Shown piece by piece: positions 1-12,085 of a DNA stretch of 61,820 nucleotides. The stretch's first letter is position 1, and each line of letters starts with the position of its first letter. This stretch comes from Octopus bimaculoides. Lineage: Eukaryota. The notes below the pieces were generated by a model. It saw only the letters and a program-made list of their open reading frames with translations, was not told the origin of the DNA and made no database searches. The translations under genes and the position numbers were made by a program. The DNA lies in contig NC_068986.1 in NCBI RefSeq assembly GCF_001194135.2, positions 7,806,409 through 7,868,228 of the forward strand, written 5' to 3'.

Positions 1-165
1 TATAATTTTGTTTAAAAGAGTTCCAACACTGTCTGTTTTTTATGTTTTATTTATATTCCTGCAAAACCAATGTGGGATATAGAATATAGAATATACAATA
101 TATAATATAATATACAATATATAATATAAAATAAAAATGGATGGTACTATGAAATAAAGTATTGA

Positions 166-232
166 ATGTCTTATTGAATATATGGAATATGTCTTATTGA
201 ATATATGGAATATGTCTTATTGAATAGATGAA
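166..232. repeat. 23-bp minisatellite, ~3 copies (ATGTCTTATTGAATATATGGAAT)
   Basis: Unit starts at 166, 189 and 212. Confidence 0.85.
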
Positions 233-279
233 ATATTGAGTGTTCAATATAAAGGATTAAATATATAAAGGCGAATATG

Positions 280-1097
280 TATTTTCTATACCTTGTGGTA
301 TTTCATCATGGCCAGTATGACAGACTTTAACATTCAATAAGGGGCTTATAACTTTAAACAGGTTTATCGCTAACAATAGACGTAATTTAAGAAAAACATT
401 CTTTGCTGAAGCCCCAAGATACATACTGGATATAAGGAGAGATAAACGATAACAAAATATAGATAAAAAAAAACTAAGAATAAAAAATAAGAAAAACATA
501 ACGATAAGAAATCAAATTAAACTAAAAAAATAGAAAAGTGAACCAATATTAGGTAAATAAAAAATAAGGATAGGTTGAGATATTCCCAAGAAAGTAAATT
601 AGGATGTAAATAAATTAAGATGAGGGTATCATTGGATGCGGTTTATAAAATAAAATATTACAGTCAATGTTGTATGTAGAACTATATAGCTCATAGGGAG
701 TGCAAGATTTGTCTAAGAGTGGCATATTATCTCATAACTCGCTACGAATAATCAGATTCTGATTGATAGAGCAGAAAGACAAGGAATTCCACTTCTGCCA
801 TTTCAAAATTGTAGTTGTTTCTCTCTAAGATTATTCTGCCACATTAGTAGCAGCATAGAATTCTTCCCTTCTCTAGCTCTGATGAAATATTTACTAAAAA
901 TTATAATAGAATATCTTGATTGTTGAAAAATTTGTATTTTGAAACTGAAGATGGCGCTGTATTTGAAACTAATGTAATGCTTGCATTATTCGATTAAATG
1001 TCCGCCGTATTGCATTAATACCTTGACATCCTTTAATACATCCTTTTGTTATTTACACCACCTGTCCTCGTCTGTTGTTGTTTTTTCGTACATTCTC

Positions 1098-1100
<3 letters not shown>
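280..1100 (+). mobile_element. Highly decayed Penelope-like element 3' remnant
   Basis: AVYKIKYYSQCCM*NYIA (~637-695) resembles a GIY-YIG motif. A degenerate CTGAAGA...GAAAC lies at 945-968. The tail 1035-1100 is the reverse complement of 8138-8200, which lies next to a clear HHR motif. Confidence 0.4.
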
Positions 1101-1172
<72 letters not shown>

Positions 1173-1230
1173 CATACATATGTATGTATTTATATATACA
1201 TACATACACATGCACACACACATATATATT
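1101..1230. repeat. (TA)n / (TACA)n microsatellite
   Basis: Directly visible. Confidence 0.95.
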
Positions 1231-1344
1231 AATATAAAAAATAGGAGAAATAATATTGTAGATATTTATTTTATCTGTATCACAATAAGAACAGAGCAAA
1301 TAGTTTAATACAAATAAAATTTAAATGAACATAAAATAACATAA

Positions 1345-2285
1345 AATAAGGTAACACCCCTTGTTATTCGAGCACCTTCCAGAGTATTCGAGCGGTTCCA
1401 AGCAGTGTTGTTTTCTCCAAGTGCGCCTCCCTTATTGCAGCCGCTATTTGTTCCATGTACTTCTCAAGATTCTTACTCATGTTCCCAAGCCTCCGACAAT
1501 TATTGGTACTACTGCCACCTGTTTCAGCGACCGCAACTGCTTAACTTCCTAAGCTAACCTGCTATATCTATCGACTTTTCTTTCTTCCTTATTGCAAACC
1601 TTGTTGTCAGCTGGGCATGCTATATCTATGATCTAGCGTCGTTTACTTTCTTTCTCAATTAACACTATATATCGTTTCTTATTCTCTATCTTATGGCTGC
1701 ACTGAATCATAAAGTCCTATTTTCGATTATGCCTTCGGGTTTGTGGTCGCACCACTTTTTGCTCTGCCAAGTCCGTACTTGTTGCAAAATTGTCCAATGG
1801 ACAATCCTTGCTATATTGTCATGACGTCTCTTATATTCTTTCTGGGCTAGTGGCATACATTGACTAGTAATATGCCATACGGTTTCACCATTTTGTCCAC
1901 AGATTCTGCACTTATCACTTTCTGATGTGTTATCTATTCTGTATATGATGTAATGGATTCTTAGTGCTTGCTCTTGGGCAGCACAGATTAGAGGCTTTGT
2001 TTCTGGTTTTAAATCACTTTTCGTCATCCATAGCCACCTTTTTTCACTGTCTGTCTTATCTTGAACATGCCTATGAAATTTTCCATACATTCTTTTCTTT
2101 ATCCACCTATTTTCAGTTTCATTCATTCTCAAGTACTTGTAAAATGCTTTATCTTTGCAATCTTCCATCCCACACAAACCTAATCCTCTTACGTCGAATA
2201 TTAGCGGTTCTGTGGCATTTTCACATACTATGTTGTTTTCTTCTGCTTTAATGTTGTGTTTGCATCCAATTAGTCTTCTTTCCCC
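1345..2285 (-). mobile_element. R4/Dong-like RLE non-LTR retrotransposon, 3' fragment (pseudogenised)
   Basis: ORF 1707-2177: LKPETKPLICAAQEQAL...KCRICGQNGETVWHITSQC..LAQKEYKRRHD (CCHC region). RLE remnant IIDIACPAD..KEERK..VPIIVGGLG downstream. Runs into the N-gap. Confidence 0.9.
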
Positions 2286-3281
2286 NNNNNNNNNNNNNNN
2301 NNNNNNNNNNNNNNNNNNNNNNNNNNNNNNNNNNNNNNNNNNNNNNNNNNNNNNNNNNNNNNNNNNNNNNNNNNNNNNNNNNNNNNNNNNNNNNNNNNNN
2401 NNNNNNNNNNNNNNNNNNNNNNNNNNNNNNNNNNNNNNNNNNNNNNNNNNNNNNNNNNNNNNNNNNNNNNNNNNNNNNNNNNNNNNNNNNNNNNNNNNNN
2501 NNNNNNNNNNNNNNNNNNNNNNNNNNNNNNNNNNNNNNNNNNNNNNNNNNNNNNNNNNNNNNNNNNNNNNNNNNNNNNNNNNNNNNNNNNNNNNNNNNNN
2601 NNNNNNNNNNNNNNNNNNNNNNNNNNNNNNNNNNNNNNNNNNNNNNNNNNNNNNNNNNNNNNNNNNNNNNNNNNNNNNNNNNNNNNNNNNNNNNNNNNNN
2701 NNNNNNNNNNNNNNNNNNNNNNNNNNNNNNNNNNNNNNNNNNNNNNNNNNNNNNNNNNNNNNNNNNNNNNNNNNNNNNNNNNNNNNNNNNNNNNNNNNNN
2801 NNNNNNNNNNNNNNNNNNNNNNNNNNNNNNNNNNNNNNNNNNNNNNNNNNNNNNNNNNNNNNNNNNNNNNNNNNNNNNNNNNNNNNNNNNNNNNNNNNNN
2901 NNNNNNNNNNNNNNNNNNNNNNNNNNNNNNNNNNNNNNNNNNNNNNNNNNNNNNNNNNNNNNNNNNNNNNNNNNNNNNNNNNNNNNNNNNNNNNNNNNNN
3001 NNNNNNNNNNNNNNNNNNNNNNNNNNNNNNNNNNNNNNNNNNNNNNNNNNNNNNNNNNNNNNNNNNNNNNNNNNNNNNNNNNNNNNNNNNNNNNNNNNNN
3101 NNNNNNNNNNNNNNNNNNNNNNNNNNNNNNNNNNNNNNNNNNNNNNNNNNNNNNNNNNNNNNNNNNNNNNNNNNNNNNNNNNNNNNNNNNNNNNNNNNNN
3201 NNNNNNNNNNNNNNNNNNNNNNNNNNNNNNNNNNNNNNNNNNNNNNNNNNNNNNNNNNNNNNNNNNNNNNNNNNNNNNNNN

Positions 3282-3290
3282 ATTATTATA

Positions 3291-3359
<69 letters not shown>

Positions 3360-3367
3360 ATTATAAT

Positions 3368-3432
<65 letters not shown>
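3282..3432. repeat. (ATT)n-(AAT)n-(ATT)n compound microsatellite
   Basis: Directly visible. Confidence 0.95.
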
Positions 3433-3433
<1 letters not shown>

Positions 3434-3584
3434 GCTACGTTCTGAGTTCAAATTCCGACGAGGTCGACAGTGCCTTTCATCCTTTCAGGGTTCATAGATT
3501 AAGTACCATTGAAACACTGGGGTAGATGCAATCGACTGGTCCCCGCCCCCAAAATTTCAAGGCCTTGTGCCTTCAGTACAAATG
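3434..3584 (+). mobile_element. tRNA-derived SINE type A, 5'-truncated, followed by (ATT)n tail (to ~3690)
   Basis: B-box-like GAGTTCAAATTCC. Body matches the copies at 6110 and 18565. Confidence 0.9.
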
Positions 3585-3664
<80 letters not shown>

Positions 3665-4904
3665 CGTCATCATCATCGTTATTATTAATTGTATTTACTC
3701 AAGATCGGTTATCTAAAATATTCTGAACCCTTGCATGTTATAAATGTTTTACAAATTTTAATGTATTTTTCGCATGAATCCTCGTTTTTTATTTAAAATT
3801 TTCCTAATGTATTAAAAATTTCCCTCAAAGGAAGTCTAACATGTCTTCTCATTAAGCACCTATGCTGAATTATTTCTCATTTTTTAAAACTAATCTGATC
3901 TGCCCATTCATTTATTCCATTCTATACATCTTCCTGTTGGCATGCATCTTTCTCATGCAGATCTTTCTTTTGTATTACACCGTAAATTAGAGTGATGGAT
4001 TTGAGTTCAATTTTAATTTACTAGACCTGTTAAAACCCTATTTTGATTTACTAATACCGCTGTTGTATAACTGCGTAAATGATAATTCACTCGTTTCTTC
4101 TTACATGAGATTCCATTGTGAACAACATTTTATTTCCTATAACCTGTACAGTTCTTCTTCGTTTTATACTTCAAACGAACAATACAGGACTATAACAGCC
4201 ACCTCTACATTTCCTCAGTAACTATCATAAGCTACGAAATAAAACAAATGTTTAATCCACTCAATAACTTGTAGGGTAAATCGTTGACAATATTCATGTA
4301 CAACTGATCTTCAATTATTTGGCTTTGTTTATTTTAAATGGAATAATTAGGATGCACTTTTAGTTGATATAAATTTTAGTTTAACTCAATTTATGCTATT
4401 TGATACCAAAAAAATGTCTGGACTCTAAACAGTTAGAGAGATAAATACTATCAGTTCTCTTATGTTTGTCGACTGCTTCATAGTAAAACTTTCAGTACAA
4501 ATAATGAAATATTTATAAGATTTCAAAATACTTATGTCTAGATTAATTTTATCTCTAAATTCTGTTTGCTCGTTTAGCTCGTAATTATTATCATTTTGTG
4601 AAATAAAATGAATTTATTTTTTTATAGTGATGTACATTTCTATTAATTTTATACACCCTGCTGTTAATTTAATTTTTATTTCAATCTAGGAATATTCATG
4701 TACAGAAAATTCTAGACAAATTTTTACCAATAGCAGCTTCAAGAATATCACAAGTGCAATACAAAGAATTGTTTACAGACATTTAATATTTGGAAAAAAA
4801 ATAAAAACGTTAAACAAATTTTTTAATGTAGTTTTTTTTCTTTGCTTTCCTAGTTATTTATTATATTCCGGAAAAAATCACTTCCGAAGTTTCAAAATTT
4901 GAGA

Positions 4905-4906
<2 letters not shown>

Positions 4907-4981
<75 letters not shown>
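4907..4981. repeat. (ATT)n microsatellite (3' tail/target of adjacent R4-like element)
   Basis: Directly visible. Confidence 0.95.
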
Positions 4982-4982
<1 letters not shown>

Positions 4983-4984
4983 TT

Positions 4985-6047
4985 GTTTTCATCACAGTTT
5001 TTGTTGAAGCTCCTGGAGTCTTGCATGCATAGCGGGTTTACTACCTGCAGTCTAAGGTAACATGCTGTTAGTTCTTTTCAGCTATCTAATATTTTCCAGA
5101 TTATCCTGGCCGTGCCTAGGAGGCAAAACATGTCTTCACCTTCTTCATTTTCCGTAGCCGAGCCATTTCGTACTTCAGAGGGTTGTATCTATCTATATAT
5201 GTTCGCCTTCCTTCTTGACTATTCGTGGGTGAAAGGAGTATGCAACATCGACTATATAACATATGTGGTGCACCCTAGCCACAATCTCTAGGTCCAGTAT
5301 GTTATGCTATACTACCTGATTTGTTTGGATTGGGAAATCCTAGAGGATTTTGCTAGTCTCCGACTCTGCCACTCATTGCAGTTTGTGTTCATACCACGTC
5401 TTGCCTCTCTCTAGACCCCACTTTTCGCATAGTTTCCAGTGTAGCACTTTCCCTACCTGGTCGTGTCGCCACAACTTGTAGTAGCTTTGGGTAAGTCTAG
5501 GGCATTTGTTTATGATATGGGCAATGGTTTCATCCACTCTGTTACAGATGCGGCACAGCGGAGACACGTGCTCATTTCTAAGATTGACCCTCCATTTGGT
5601 GGTCAGAGCTCGGTCCTGCGCTGCCAGTATTATTTTCTCGGTCTCTCTTTTCAGGATTCCTTTCACCAGCCATTCCCACCTATTTTTCCATCACCTTCTG
5701 TTGTGTCTATATAGAATTGATTGTGTAGTCCCTTCTTGAGTACTGCTTCTTCCTGTCCTTTTTGTAATTCTTCCTTTGTTTTCCCATTTTTTTATTTCTA
5801 CCCAATTCTCCCGCTTTTCTGTCAGTAACAATATTTCCTTACTTTGTGTTAGGTATCTCATTAGGCTCTCGAGTTCGATATGCACGCAGTCTTCCACACT
5901 TATCAGTCCCCTTCCTCCATTTGCTCTTCTCATGTATTGGCGATCAGAGCTTACGCGTGGATGATGGGCTGATGCATCGTTAGGAGCTTTCCTGACTTCC
6001 TGTCCACCTGTATCTCTTCCTCTGTCCACTTCAGGATTCCAGCGTCA
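4985..6047 (-). mobile_element. R4/Dong-like RLE LINE, 5'-truncated
   Basis: ORFs 5691-6029 (HHPRVSSDRQYMRRANGGRGL) and 5373-5666 (LKRETEKIILAAQDRAL..CRICNRVDETIAHIINKC..YYKLWRHDQV). Confidence 0.9.
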
Positions 6048-6048
6048 T

Positions 6049-6105
<57 letters not shown>
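6049..6105. repeat. (CTA)n microsatellite
   Basis: Directly visible. Confidence 0.95.
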
Positions 6106-6107
<2 letters not shown>

Positions 6108-6109
6108 AA

Positions 6110-6318
6110 GCGGCGAGCTGGCAGAATGTTTAGCATGCCACACGAAATGCTTAGCGGTATTTTGCCTGCCGCTACGTGCTGAGTTCAAATTCCGCCGAGG
6201 TCGGCTATGCCTTTCATTCTTTCGGGGTCGATAAATTAAGTACCAGTGAAACACTGGAGTCAATGTAATCGACTAGCCCCCTCCCCAAATTTGCAGGCCT
6301 TGTGCCTATAGTAGAAGG
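6110..6318 (+). mobile_element. tRNA-derived SINE type A, near full length
   Basis: Head GCGGCGAGCTGGCAGAA, B-box GAGTTCAAATTCC, (ATT)n tail. Confidence 0.92.
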
Positions 6319-6539
<221 letters not shown>

Positions 6540-6540
<1 letters not shown>

Positions 6541-7090
6541 TGTCTTACTTCGCAGAACGTTTGGTCTTGTTTGTTCTGGTAGATTCTGTGAGAGCGGACA
6601 GCAGCTTGCTGCCAGAGGTCTCACAGTATCTCTTTGCGCACATTATAAGCTTTGATACTTGGTTGTTAATTATCGTGGGAGACATTCAGCATCCAAGTAT
6701 CAATCTCAAAATCTTAACTGTTCCCAGAAGATTAGTCTCCTGGGCTCGTTCTGCTCTTATGTCAATTCTGATTACTTTGACATATTTCTCGAACTTGTTG
6801 TTAGAACTTCCAGGGCCCCTACAACTACTGGAATGACAAAAACTCTCCTCAATGTCCACATTCGTTTAGTAGTTCTCTACATTTGAACCATTCCTACTTT
6901 TTTGTCACGCATGCGTGCATCCCCAAGTATTGCAATATCTATGATCTTGGTTTATTTTTACTTTTATCTACTACAACAATATCTGGTCTCCGAGCCTCGA
7001 TCAAGGAGTTACATTAGATTGTAAAATCCCACAGTATCTTATGTTCCTTGTTATCGGTGATTCCTTCTGGTTCATGTTCGTAACATTTCT
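6540..7090 (-). mobile_element. R4/Dong-like LINE 3' end (RLE domain remnant)
   Basis: Minus strand reads YEHEPEGITDNKEHKILWDF...RRPDIVVVDK..KIIDIAILGD. Confidence 0.85.
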
Positions 7091-7461
7091 GTACACACAC
7101 TCATAGACACACACATAAATATATATGTGTGTGTGTGCGTGTGTGTATGTGTGTGTATGTGTGTATGTGTGTACATGTGTGTGTGTGTGTGTATTTGTGT
7201 GTGTGTGTGTATGTGTGTGTGCGTGTATCTAAAGTTAAAATCCAATACAAGGATAACAGGCTCCTCAGGAAGGATGGAAACGTTCAAGTTTTCACTGGTT
7301 CGGCGGTTTAATACCCAATATGGCAAAGAAAAACTTTTCCCCGTTTCAAAGGCGTATATGTTCAATATACAAAAATGAAAAGAAAATGGAGATTTTCGAC
7401 TGTCATAGTTTGATTTATTAACATAATATTATATTACTATTATAATAGAAATATATTATGA

Positions 7462-7538
7462 TCCTACAATTGTTTTGATTCAGACCCAATAATAAATTTA
7501 TAAAAATTCATGTTTATAGGTAAGAATCTCATCAGGAA
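7462..7538 (-). ncRNA. Type I minimal hammerhead ribozyme remnant (G12 changed to A)
   Basis: TTC-CTGATGA-GATTC...GAATC-AAAA-CAATTGT-A-GGA: long stem II, palindrome ACAATTGT, GUA triplet. Confidence 0.55.
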
Positions 7539-8097
7539 AACATTGGACAAAAATTGCATATAAGGATTTTTAGATCCTAAAACAGACTGACTTAATTATG
7601 TTTATGTTTGTAAGCCTGACTGTCAATAATTTCTAGAAAATATATAATAAAAGTATATAATAGAAACAAAAAATAATAAATAAATAAATAGGATCTAATA
7701 TCATGGTCATAAAATATATTTGCGTACTTTTAAAGATATAAATCTAAGTATATTTCTGCGCATTATTTATAAAAAAATGAAGAAAAAACAGAAATAATAG
7801 GCTAAGAATTTATGGCGGAACAAGAATTATTTCCTTTTTTTCGTCTATACTATTAGGAAAAATACATGTTATTGAGAAAAGTTATTGAGATAAATTCTTT
7901 ATTCTCACTAGTGTTATAAAACAAAGACAACACGCTATTAATCATGGCTAAATAGCAAAAAAAAAAAATTAAAAAAATTAAAATACCTTATCCTCACTAG
8001 GCCAATATATATTTATATATTTAGGAAAATGTATACTAACATATATATGATGTATGTCATGTGTATATATGTATATTCGTGCATGTGTGTGTCTGTG

Positions 8098-8140
<43 letters not shown>

Positions 8141-8228
8141 GAGAATATACAAAAAATAACAACAGACGAGGACAGGTGGTGTAAATAACAAAAGTATATA
8201 TTAGTATGACGCTCGGGAATACGGAAAG

Positions 8229-8265
8229 TCTTTGACGTTTCGAGCTACGCTCTTCAACAGAAAGA
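8229..8265 (-). ncRNA. Type I minimal hammerhead ribozyme motif (U6 variant, extra A after A9)
   Basis: TCTTT-CTGTTGA-A-GAGC gta GCTC-GAAA-CGTC/AAAGA: 5-bp stem I, 4-bp stem II, ACGT palindrome, GUC triplet. Confidence 0.7.
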
Positions 8266-8464
8266 ATACGGAGACAAGGAGAAAAACACGGATATATACA
8301 CGCTTTTATGTACATATATGTATATGTGTGTATATCTATATGTATTTGAATTCATATACGTGTTACTTAATAGATCATTACTTCATTAAGGAATATAAAT
8401 AACTAAATAAATTGGTACGAAATTAAATAAATTAATAGTTACATAATGTTTTGGTAAAATTCTA

Positions 8465-8572
8465 ACGTTATTGACGATAAATTAAGTATCAGTTGCGTAC
8501 TGGGTTTAATATTATTAACTGGCTCTCTCGCAAAAAAATTTGGGCCTTGAGCTTAGAGTAGAAAATAATATT
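8465..8572 (+). mobile_element. Degenerate SINE type A 3' half
   Basis: GATAAATTAAGTA.CAGTT..GTACTGGG..T resembles the type A body. Confidence 0.45.
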
Positions 8573-8639
8573 TATTCTCCTTTATCACGTGTTCCACATT
8601 TTGATGTAATTGAATTTTGAAAAAATATTTAATTGGGGC

Positions 8640-9490
8640 TGACTGATTCATAAGTTTAAATTAGTATTTTAATAGGGATATTTATAATAATTCAGTGTAT
8701 TACTGACTAAAGTTAGTATTATATTTCATATAATATAATTGTCTAATATAAGATTATATACAAATACTGTAATGTATTCATCTTAAGTATATAACTATAT
8801 TGGTACACGAATAAAAGTTATAAATTTAAGATTATATTATTTTATTTTATCTTGAATAATTATAAGCATTTAAATTAAATTTGATAACGTACAAATAACT
8901 TTATAGTTGACCCTATGGTAATTAAAAACATTTCTATTGTCATATGAATTTCCAGCTATTCTGTTTTTTTCGAAAGTACGTTTATAATAATTCTTAAATA
9001 TGATTTAACATAAATTGTAGATAATAATACATATATGAATATTTATCGTAGACCCTATCATACTTAGTAAATTTCGATTGTGAAATTATGTATCTCCTGT
9101 TCTTCCGTGGTTTCGAAAGTATGAATCCACAAAAATTATAGACATTGATTTGCAGCAAGTTATTTTCCTCTGAAAAACTAAATAACTTTTGGATCGTTTA
9201 TTTATTTATTTTAAATTAGTATAGGTAATCATAATTTATATAAATTGTATAACATCGGCGTATTTAGAATAAACAAACTTTTGACTATAGAGATAATTAG
9301 GGGAATTTTTAAATGACTTTAGTAAATTTCTATTATGATAAAATAATTATGCTATTATGATATGTATTTATGGTTTTATTTTTAATCAAAGGTCATTTTC
9401 TTAACAAAACGACGTACTTTTTAATTTTGATTGCATTTTTCGTATGGGTGATTATAAATAATGAATACAGTGTAATTTATAATATTATTT
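8640..9490 (-). pseudogene. Decayed PLE linker + GIY-YIG endonuclease
   Basis: FSFSEENN..ILSKPRKNRRYII (~9080-9190) and CTNIVIYLR*..CI*SYIRQ (~8742-8812), resembling NVIYxIxCxxCxxxYIGQT. Confidence 0.55.
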
Positions 9491-9944
9491 AGTATTAGCC
9501 AAGTGAGGATAAAGTATTTAAACTTTTTTTTCACTGTTTTACAATGATTAATAGTGGGTTATTTTTGTTTTATAATACTAGTGAGAATAAGGAATTTTCT
9601 GAATAAATTGTCTGAATAACATGTAATTTTCCTAATAGTATGGAAGAAGAAAAGAGATATTTTCTATTTTGCCATAAATTCTTAGCATATTATTTCTTTA
9701 TTATTTTCTTTTAAACTAATGCGCAGAAATATATTTAGATTAATATTCTTAAAAGTACACAAACATATTTTACGACTGTTATATTAGATTTTATTTATTT
9801 TTTATCTGTTTTAGATTTTTAAATTATATATTTTTATTATACATTTTAGAAAATTATTGACGCTCACGCTTACAAACGTAAGCATATTTAATTCATTTTG
9901 TTTTCGGATCTAAAAATCCTCATATGTAATTTTTGTCAAATATT

Positions 9945-10022
9945 TCCCTGATGAGATTCTTACCCATGAAAAATGAATTCTTATAAATTTATTATTGGGT
10001 CTGAATCAATACAATTGTAGGA
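9945..10022 (+). ncRNA. Type I minimal hammerhead remnant in right inverted arm (GAAA changed to AATA)
   Basis: TCC-CTGATGA-GATTC..ACCCA...TGGGT..GAATC-AATA-CAATTGT-A-GGA. Confidence 0.45.
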
Positions 10023-10041
10023 TTATGATATTTATATTATC

Positions 10042-10094
<53 letters not shown>

Positions 10095-10155
10095 TAATAT
10101 TAAGTTAATAAATTAAAATATGTCAGTCGTAAATCTCCATTTTCTTTTCATTTAA

Positions 10156-10197
<42 letters not shown>

Positions 10198-10689
10198 CTT
10201 TGACAAGAATGGTAGTAACAGTGTCTTTGAAGTTTTAACTTGTTAAACCTTCTTCAAACAGTTCGATGAATGCTTAGTAGGCTTAGCATATTGTTAGTAT
10301 AGTCGTGACTTGCCATGACGAGTCTCGTTATCAGTTACTGGAACTCAACATGTCCGGTATGTATAATCTGCGACTGCGAGGTCATGTAAACTAACATATA
10401 TTCTCTTTGCTATGAGAAAGCACACAGATTCTCACTCATTGGTGTCCTATTTTTTGTGGATGATAGTGTAAAATAAGGATCTTAGTAACGTAACTCTTCT
10501 TTTATCATTATTAAGTAACGTCTATGGATAGAACACATACGTACATATATGTATACGTATATATATGTTTGTACAACCGTACACATGTACCCATGTATGT
10601 GTGTGTGTTTGTGTGTGTTTGTTTGTGTGTGTGCGCCCGTCTGTGTGTGTATCACTATTTCGACTAGACTATTGGATATTAATTCTACA

Positions 10690-10920
10690 CCGCAGGTTAC
10701 AATAAACTTCGTGGCATTGTTGTAGGTTCCGAATGCTACCAGCCCAATTGCCAGGAAAGCAGACAAGCATGACTCCAGTCCATGGCAGTTGTGCCCATTC
10801 ACGGCGGAGTTATTTGCAGCAACGTGAAATGAAATGTTTTTGCTCAGAAGCACAATGTACCACCGTTCTACGAATCGAAACCCCCATCTTACGATCGTGA
10901 GTGTAACTCCCAAACAATAA
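10690..10920 (-). mobile_element. tRNA-derived SINE type C (head related to the 47710 copy)
   Basis: Reverse complement has CACGATCGTAAGAT.GGGGTTTCGATTC (B-box-like), followed by TTCTGAGCAAAAACATTTCATTTCACGTTGC. Confidence 0.7.
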
Positions 10921-11487
10921 TCTGCGCTCATCAAAATTTCTGATTATATCGGAAAACCACATTGTCATTTGCAAACTTAAATGCTCGAAGTTTCGGTACG
11001 CTTCCCTATCAATCTTCTTTCAACTCATTGCAGGCAGGATATAAAAGACAACGCTTGATTGCAACCGCAGAGCAGCAGTCAATGCGTGACTTGTGTCTGT
11101 TCCAGATATGTTTTAAATTTATAAGTATAAATATTTTTTTATTATAAAATGACTATTGAAATATAATAAATTTATATATATATGTTAGTCAGAAGGGAAA
11201 GTTGTTCCTCTGACAGTTTAAAGGATCTTAGAGAAATCTGAGGATAAGAGAGTAAGTTGTTCTCAACTGGAGACCTGGCAGTGAACCCCGCTAAAAGCAT
11301 CCTATATGCCAGGTGGGAGTGTTAATCTGTATAATTGATTAAGTATTTTCCTTAAGTGGACAATGATGGGGATTAAACATAGTGATGCCAAAAGAATGCA
11401 AATCAATTTGAATTCAGACTGCAGACAGTTGGAAAAAATATAGCACGTTAACTCACTAGAGTCGGCCGCTCAACAGAATAAATAAGC

Positions 11488-11702
11488 CTTTCTATCATAG
11501 ACACAAATCCTGAAGTTTTGGAGGAGGAGGAGGAAGCAAGTTGATTTCATCGACCCCAGTACTTGACTGGTCCTTATTGTATTGACCCTGAAATGAAGAA
11601 AGATAAAGTTTATTGCGGGGGAATTTGAACTCAAAGCGCAAGCAACGACGAAATGCCGGTAAGCATTTTGCCCTGCGTGCGAACGACTCAGCTCGTCGCC
11701 TT
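11488..11702 (-). mobile_element. SINE type A, diverged
   Basis: Reverse complement matches the 6110 and 18565 copies, including GAGTTCAAATTCC. Confidence 0.85.
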
Positions 11703-12002
11703 CTCAGCAAAATAAGTAATACCATATCGTTCGTAACAAGAAATACAACTCATTCTGAAACATGAAATAAACAAAGACATTTCTCTCAATACTTGAATTC
11801 TAAATTCTGTTAACCATAATTAAGATATTACTTTATCAATGAAAAGAAACATTGTACAGTACACTTAAGCTTGCTTCACTCGTAACTAATGGAAATTTGC
11901 CAACTTGAAAGACGCATTCACCGGCGAAAAACACATTTCAATATTTATATATATGTGTATGTTTGTTTGCCTGTATGTACGTGTATGCATATATAATCAT
12001 TA

Positions 12003-12085
<83 letters not shown>

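Larger units (their letters stand above)
7371..10155 (-). mobile_element. Penelope-like element with ~630-bp inverted terminal arms (7371-8005 and 9495-10155)
   Basis: The arms are reverse complements along their length (e.g. AATGAAAAGAAAATGGAGATT at both outer ends), with many substitutions. The interior carries a GIY-YIG remnant. Confidence 0.75.

Noticed and set aside
7262-7290. CTCAGGA..GGAAACGTTC as a hammerhead
   Set aside because: G5 is lost and there is no stem II.
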